A stretch of DNA of 33,727 bases. It comes from Candidatus Asgardarchaeum abyssi (GTDB lineage: Archaea; Asgardarchaeota; Asgardarchaeia; Asgardarchaeales; Asgardarchaeaceae). The translations under genes and the position numbers were made by a program. The notes beneath the pieces were generated by a model. That model was not told where the DNA came from. It saw only the letters and a program-made list of their open reading frames with translations, and searched no databases. The stretch covers positions 1 through 33,727 of the forward strand of contig JBECUL010000022.1 of the NCBI GenBank assembly GCA_040225955.1, written 5' to 3'. Below are positions 29,754 through 33,727 of this stretch, one piece after another (the stretch's first letter is position 1; every line of letters starts with the position of its first letter).

Positions 29754-31100
29754 ATGAATATAAGTAGCGGACTGGCTATTGCTTCACTAGGAGTTATCGC
29801 TCTTTTGTTCTCACTATTGAGATACTTAACGGAACTTGGTTTTTTACTTTTGTTCATTCATATTATCATCCTTTTACTATCGGCGTATCTCTCTTACATG
29901 GAGCAGTCAAAAGTATTAACACCAAAACTAGCAATTCTTATTGGATTCGCAATTGGTATAATATATCTAACACCGTTTTTCTTTCTATTTTTCTTCCCAG
30001 GCTTACCATATCTAATTTATGCAATTTTTGCAAGTATCGCCTACAAAGCGAGAATATCAAGAATGCAGTCAATAGTGAGAACTGAAATTAATTCGCTAGA
30101 GGATAATGAAACCCTTAACCTAGAGAAATTAATAAATTTAACAAACACTCCACTAAAAGAAATTAAGGATTTCATCGCAAGAGAAATTTCTGTAGGCAGG
30201 ATAACTGGAAAACTTGATTATGAGAAAAACATCTTTATAAAGAAAACCCCTAAGAAACCAGTCGCTCTTGAACCTGTGCCTACAGAAACTCAAAAAATGG
30301 CTCAGCCCAGCGCACCCCAGTATCAAACAGCACTAATACCAAACTATAAAATCGAAGGAATAATTGGTAGCGGCGGCTTTGCTACAGTCTTCAGAGCTTT
30401 AGACCCTAATGGAAGAGCTGTTGCACTAAAAGTTTTGACATCTAGTGACCCCACGATCAAAAAGAATTTTGCCAGAGAAGTCTCTCTATGGAAAATTCTA
30501 GATCATCCGAACATTGTTAAGTTAATAGATTTCGGTGTCGAACCAGTTCCATATATGGCTATGGAGCTAATGGAAGGTAATCTGAGAGAATTAATGCAAA
30601 ATAGAAAAATAACAATCAACAACGCATTAGATATAATCCTCCAAATCGCTCTGGCACTGAACTACGCTCACAAAGACTTCAACATCGTGCATAGAGATAT
30701 AAAACCAGAAAACATCCTCTATAAAGAAGAAGTCTTTAAACTAAGCGATTGGGGACTAGCAGGAATCCAAATACTTCTAAGCCACACATCTGGCTACAAG
30801 GGAACACTCGCCTATTCAGCTCCAGAACAACTTGATGCCACAAAAGGACGAATTGGACCTTGGACCGATGTATGGCAACTAGGAGTTGTATTGTATGAGC
30901 TAATTACTGGTGAGCTTCCCTTTGGAGATAACATAGGCGAAATCGTGAACAATATACTTCATGAACCTCCTAAAAAGATAGAAAATATCGATGAAAGAAT
31001 ATGGCAACTAATAGAAAAAATGCTCCAAAAGAACCCAGAAGACCGCCCAACAATCATAGACATAATAAAAACTATCAGAAAAATCAAAGAAAATCAGTAA
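29754..31100 (+). CDS. membrane-anchored Hanks-type Ser/Thr protein kinase with PCI-like winged-helix segment
   Basis: 3-4 N-terminal TM helices; GSGGFATV, VALK, HRDIKPEN, DWG, GTLAYSAPEQ, DVWQLG; SD GGGAGG. Confidence 0.92.
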   Translation: MNISSGLAIASLGVIALLFSLLRYLTELGFLLLFIHIIILLLSAYLSYMEQSKVLTPKLAILIGFAIGIIYLTPFFFLFFFPGLPYLIYAIFASIAYKARISRMQSIVRTEINSLEDNETLNLEKLINLTNTPLKEIKDFIAREISVGRITGKLDYEKNIFIKKTPKKPVALEPVPTETQKMAQPSAPQYQTALIPNYKIEGIIGSGGFATVFRALDPNGRAVALKVLTSSDPTIKKNFAREVSLWKILDHPNIVKLIDFGVEPVPYMAMELMEGNLRELMQNRKITINNALDIILQIALALNYAHKDFNIVHRDIKPENILYKEEVFKLSDWGLAGIQILLSHTSGYKGTLAYSAPEQLDATKGRIGPWTDVWQLGVVLYELITGELPFGDNIGEIVNNILHEPPKKIENIDERIWQLIEKMLQKNPEDRPTIIDIIKTIRKIKENQ

Positions 31101-31220
31101 TGCATAAAATGTATAACGTGCATATGCTCACCTCTTTTAATCTTTTGCTCCTAATGTTAAACCTCGATGTATGACAAAAACTCAAATAATAGTAATACGA
31201 TATCAAATTAAGGTGATTAC

Positions 31221-31451
31221 ATGAGCAGCATCATTAGCATCCGTGTCCCCCCAGACTTGAAACGTAAAATGGACAAATTGAAAAAGAAAATCAACTGGAG
31301 CAAAGAAATACGTGAATTCATAAAAGCGAAAATTAAACAATATGAAAAGGAAAAAGCAATATCCGAATTAATTGAGCTAATCAAGTCGCTCCCAACCGCA
31401 CCTAAAGGAACCGCACAAAAATTGCTGAGGGAAGACCGTGATAGTCATTGA
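31221..31451 (+). CDS. vapB: VapB-type ribbon-helix-helix antitoxin
   Basis: ISIRVP..LK..M......NWS.EIR.FI and C-terminal LREDRD; overlaps the PIN gene. Confidence 0.88.
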   Translation: MSSIISIRVPPDLKRKMDKLKKKINWSKEIREFIKAKIKQYEKEKAISELIELIKSLPTAPKGTAQKLLREDRDSH

Positions 31452-31854
31452 CTCATCCGCATTTTCAAAACTCTTGATCAAAGAAGAAAACTGGGAAAAT
31501 GTGGCAAGATATCTCAAACCTGGCCAGACAATATGTGCAGTTGACATCCTCATCATAGAGACCGCTAACGTTATATGGAAATATCTAACATTGCATCGAA
31601 AAATCACAGAAGACCAAGCACTTGAATTATACGGAAAAATGATCGAGCTCACTAACAAAGAGGTTATAATTACTGAAAAGGGTGAAAAATTTCTAAGAAG
31701 AGCACTAGAAACCAGCATCCAGTACAAGATTCCAGTACATGATAGCCCATTCTTGGCATTCTCTGAGTCCTTAAGTGCAACACTAATCACTAGCGACCAA
31801 AAGCAAAATACAGCAGCTCGAAATATGGGCTTGGTATCCATATACATCGAGTAG
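31438..31854 (+). CDS. vapC: VapC PIN-domain toxin
   Basis: VIDSS, ETANVIWK, HDS, LITSD acidic residues of the PIN active site. Confidence 0.9.
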   Translation: MIVIDSSAFSKLLIKEENWENVARYLKPGQTICAVDILIIETANVIWKYLTLHRKITEDQALELYGKMIELTNKEVIITEKGEKFLRRALETSIQYKIPVHDSPFLAFSESLSATLITSDQKQNTAARNMGLVSIYIE

Positions 31855-32008
31855 CTATATATCCGATAACATCCAACCGAATAACTAAAAAAAGAATGAC
31901 CTTACTACTATAACACCATCAAGAGGTGCTATCAAAAACCCTAAATCTTTTATGAACCATATCTTTAAATTAGAAATTGCAATAAGTTACAATTAAAGGT
32001 GATACATA

Positions 32009-32419
32009 TTGAACGACTACAAGACGCGAATTACTCAAATCAAGAATCTCCTAAGTACACAAGACTATGTACTACTTGCATATCTCTATGGCTCTATTGC
32101 CAGAGGAGAAACTCATAAATTTAGCGATATTGATATTGCAGTATTCTTAAAAGAGCCTGTCATGGCTAATTACAAGAGATTACTGGCAAAGGTAGCTCCC
32201 TTTGATACAAGGGAAACCATTATTGATATACGATTGCTTAATAATGCTCCTCCTCTTTTTCGTTATAATGTAATTAAAGATGGAATTCTGTTAATCAATA
32301 GAGATGAAAAACTCAGAGAAGCCTTTGTATACAAAACACTGATTGAAGCACTTGACATTAAAGAAAGTATCGAACGATATCAAAAAGAACGTTTGGAGGC
32401 ATTTTTAAATGCTATATGA
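32009..32419 (+). CDS. mntA: minimal nucleotidyltransferase (MntA-type antitoxin)
   Basis: LYGSIARG.....SDIDIAV (GSx10DxD), LNNAPP.FRY.VI..G. Confidence 0.9.
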   Translation: MNDYKTRITQIKNLLSTQDYVLLAYLYGSIARGETHKFSDIDIAVFLKEPVMANYKRLLAKVAPFDTRETIIDIRLLNNAPPLFRYNVIKDGILLINRDEKLREAFVYKTLIEALDIKESIERYQKERLEAFLNAI

Positions 32420-32819
32420 TAAAATTTTAGATTCGCTAGCTATCCTTGAGGAGATAAGCAATCATAAAACAGAAGAAGTTATAGATAACCGCTTTATGCT
32501 TGATAGTATGCTATGGAATCTATATGTTGTCATCCAAGGTTGTATTGATTTAGGTTTAAAAGTTGCTGCAAAACTTAACTTACCAACCCCTGAAACGTAT
32601 TCCGATCTTTTTAATATTCTAGCCAGATTTAAAATAATACCAGCTGAGCTAAAAGATAATCTTATCTCGATGGCAAAATTTCGTAATGTTTTAGCTCATG
32701 CTTATGCAACGTTAGACGTGGTACGTATTCACAAAAATCTGAAAACAGACCTCATGGACATTAAAAAATACTTAAAAATAATCTCTCAGAAACTAAAAGA
32801 ACTAGACAAGAATATCTAG
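32409..32819 (+). CDS. hepT: HEPN/DUF86 toxin (HepT-type)
   Basis: Q.CID, P..Y.D.F, RNVLAHAY (Rx4HxY); overlaps the MNT gene. Confidence 0.9.
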   Translation: MLYDKILDSLAILEEISNHKTEEVIDNRFMLDSMLWNLYVVIQGCIDLGLKVAAKLNLPTPETYSDLFNILARFKIIPAELKDNLISMAKFRNVLAHAYATLDVVRIHKNLKTDLMDIKKYLKIISQKLKELDKNI

Positions 32820-33099
32820 TGACTAGTTTTGCTGATTTGCAGTCCCAAATAGAATCTGAACTAAATTTTCTAACGATAAAGAGATTTATGATGCCTCTCA
32901 GGAAATTGAGCTGGAAGCACTGAGTGCTCTGAAGACGCAGATGAACTATTTTGAGACAATACCCTCCACCTAAGAAATTGAATACCGCAATTTCATTAAT
33001 ACATCTTAATGGAACACTAGGTTTATACGTTTCGCATCCTATTAAAGATAAATATGTCACTGAAGTAACTTCTATTGCATCAATGATAAAATATGGGTC

Positions 33100-33414
33100 A
33101 ATTGGTCTTTCTAATCTCTCTTTTTTTCACAAGTTCGTTTATTGCTTTTTTAGTCAAGTCATGTGGATACTTGGTCTCGAGCCTATAGCGTATCTCTCTA
33201 TCATAGGCCACTTTCAAATCTTTTATCAAATCTAAAACATCTTTCATGGCTGATTGAAGTTTTAGATCTTTTTCAAAGGTTTTACCAACCTCTAATTCCT
33301 TATTTTTCTGGAAAACGCATTCTTATCCGAGTCCATCTAGAACTTTAACCATCTACCTGCTTTTTTAACATATTCTCGTTTCTCACCAGTTTTACTTTTT
33401 GTAAGCTATACCAT
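33100..33414 (-). pseudogene. degraded ORF fragments, possibly helix-turn-helix
   Basis: Protein-like stretch KELEVGKTFEKDLKLQSAMKDVLDLIKDLKVAYDREIRYRLETKYPHDLTK, shifting into AINELVKKREIRKTN; several stops upstream. Confidence 0.3.
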
Positions 33415-33703
33415 ATTTATAAAATACTTATTTCTAAGCGAAATCTTCAGAGATTATCTTATACCTGCCATGATACTGTTTTTGCTGACCCTAAAATTTA
33501 GTTAGCATATAAACCCTTATAGTAGTTGAGCTTTATGAATGCTTTCTCCTGAACACGTTTCTTCGTTCTCTCCTTGTAAAAAATGTGGAAAGAATAACAG
33601 AAATTATTAGAGAAAAAAGCAAGGCATATCTTGCCTTTATTGAATGTAAAATAGTCTGATATGAAAAACTTATAACTTCGTCGCTCGTTTTCTAATATTT
33701 AAA

Positions 33704-33727
33704 GAGGGTGCGTGTGGCCGCCGGCTT
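33704..33727 (+). ncRNA. possible 5' end of a stable structured RNA (truncated)
   Basis: Abrupt GC-rich GAGGGTGCGTGTGGCCGCCGGCTT about 28 nt after BRE/TATA-like GAAAAACTTATAAC (33663-33676); too short to identify. Confidence 0.25.

Noticed and set aside
31377-31847. 156-aa minus-strand ORF
   Set aside because: Antisense to vapC.
32912-32923. 12-bp inverted match to TCAGTGCTTCCA near 16869
   Set aside because: Matches this short are expected by chance in 34 kb and do not extend.
32761-33348. Short ORFs 32761-33060, 32951-33235 and 33163-33348
   Set aside because: Mutually overlapping, no motifs and no clear SD; the region looks decayed.

Overview
AT-rich archaeal genomic window. A stand-alone Roadblock/LC7 gene and a PCI-like winged helix in a membrane kinase suggest an Asgard-related lineage (inference, not proven). 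Left to right: the 3' end of an IS5-family element; the conserved archaeal cluster rps19e, PDCD5-like, rpl39e, rpl31e, eif6, rpl18a(LX), pfdA, ftsY, then dtdA; tfb with two tandem BRE/TATA boxes; a Roadblock gene divergent from a winged-helix-like ORF; a thioredoxin-fold pseudogene and an HD hydrolase; an unusual ABC importer (SBP_bac_11-like binding protein, internally duplicated ModB/CysT-type permease, two ATPases, one with a degenerate signature) followed by DUF47/PhoU-like. Next is a complete A/V-type ATPase split into two convergent units: I, K and a small 2-TM ORF on +, and F-H-E-A-B-D-C on -. Subunit A carries a 525-aa LAGLIDADG intein in its P-loop, and an IS5 remnant plus a 142-bp MITE sit between I and K. 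The right-hand accessory region holds a frameshifted MBL hydrolase, an archaeal ATPase/DUF234 protein, a nucleoside phosphorylase remnant, a TM-PCI-like Ser/Thr kinase, VapBC and MNT-HEPN toxin-antitoxin pairs, and possibly the start of a stable RNA at the window edge. All family assignments come from motif reading by eye; no database searches were run.
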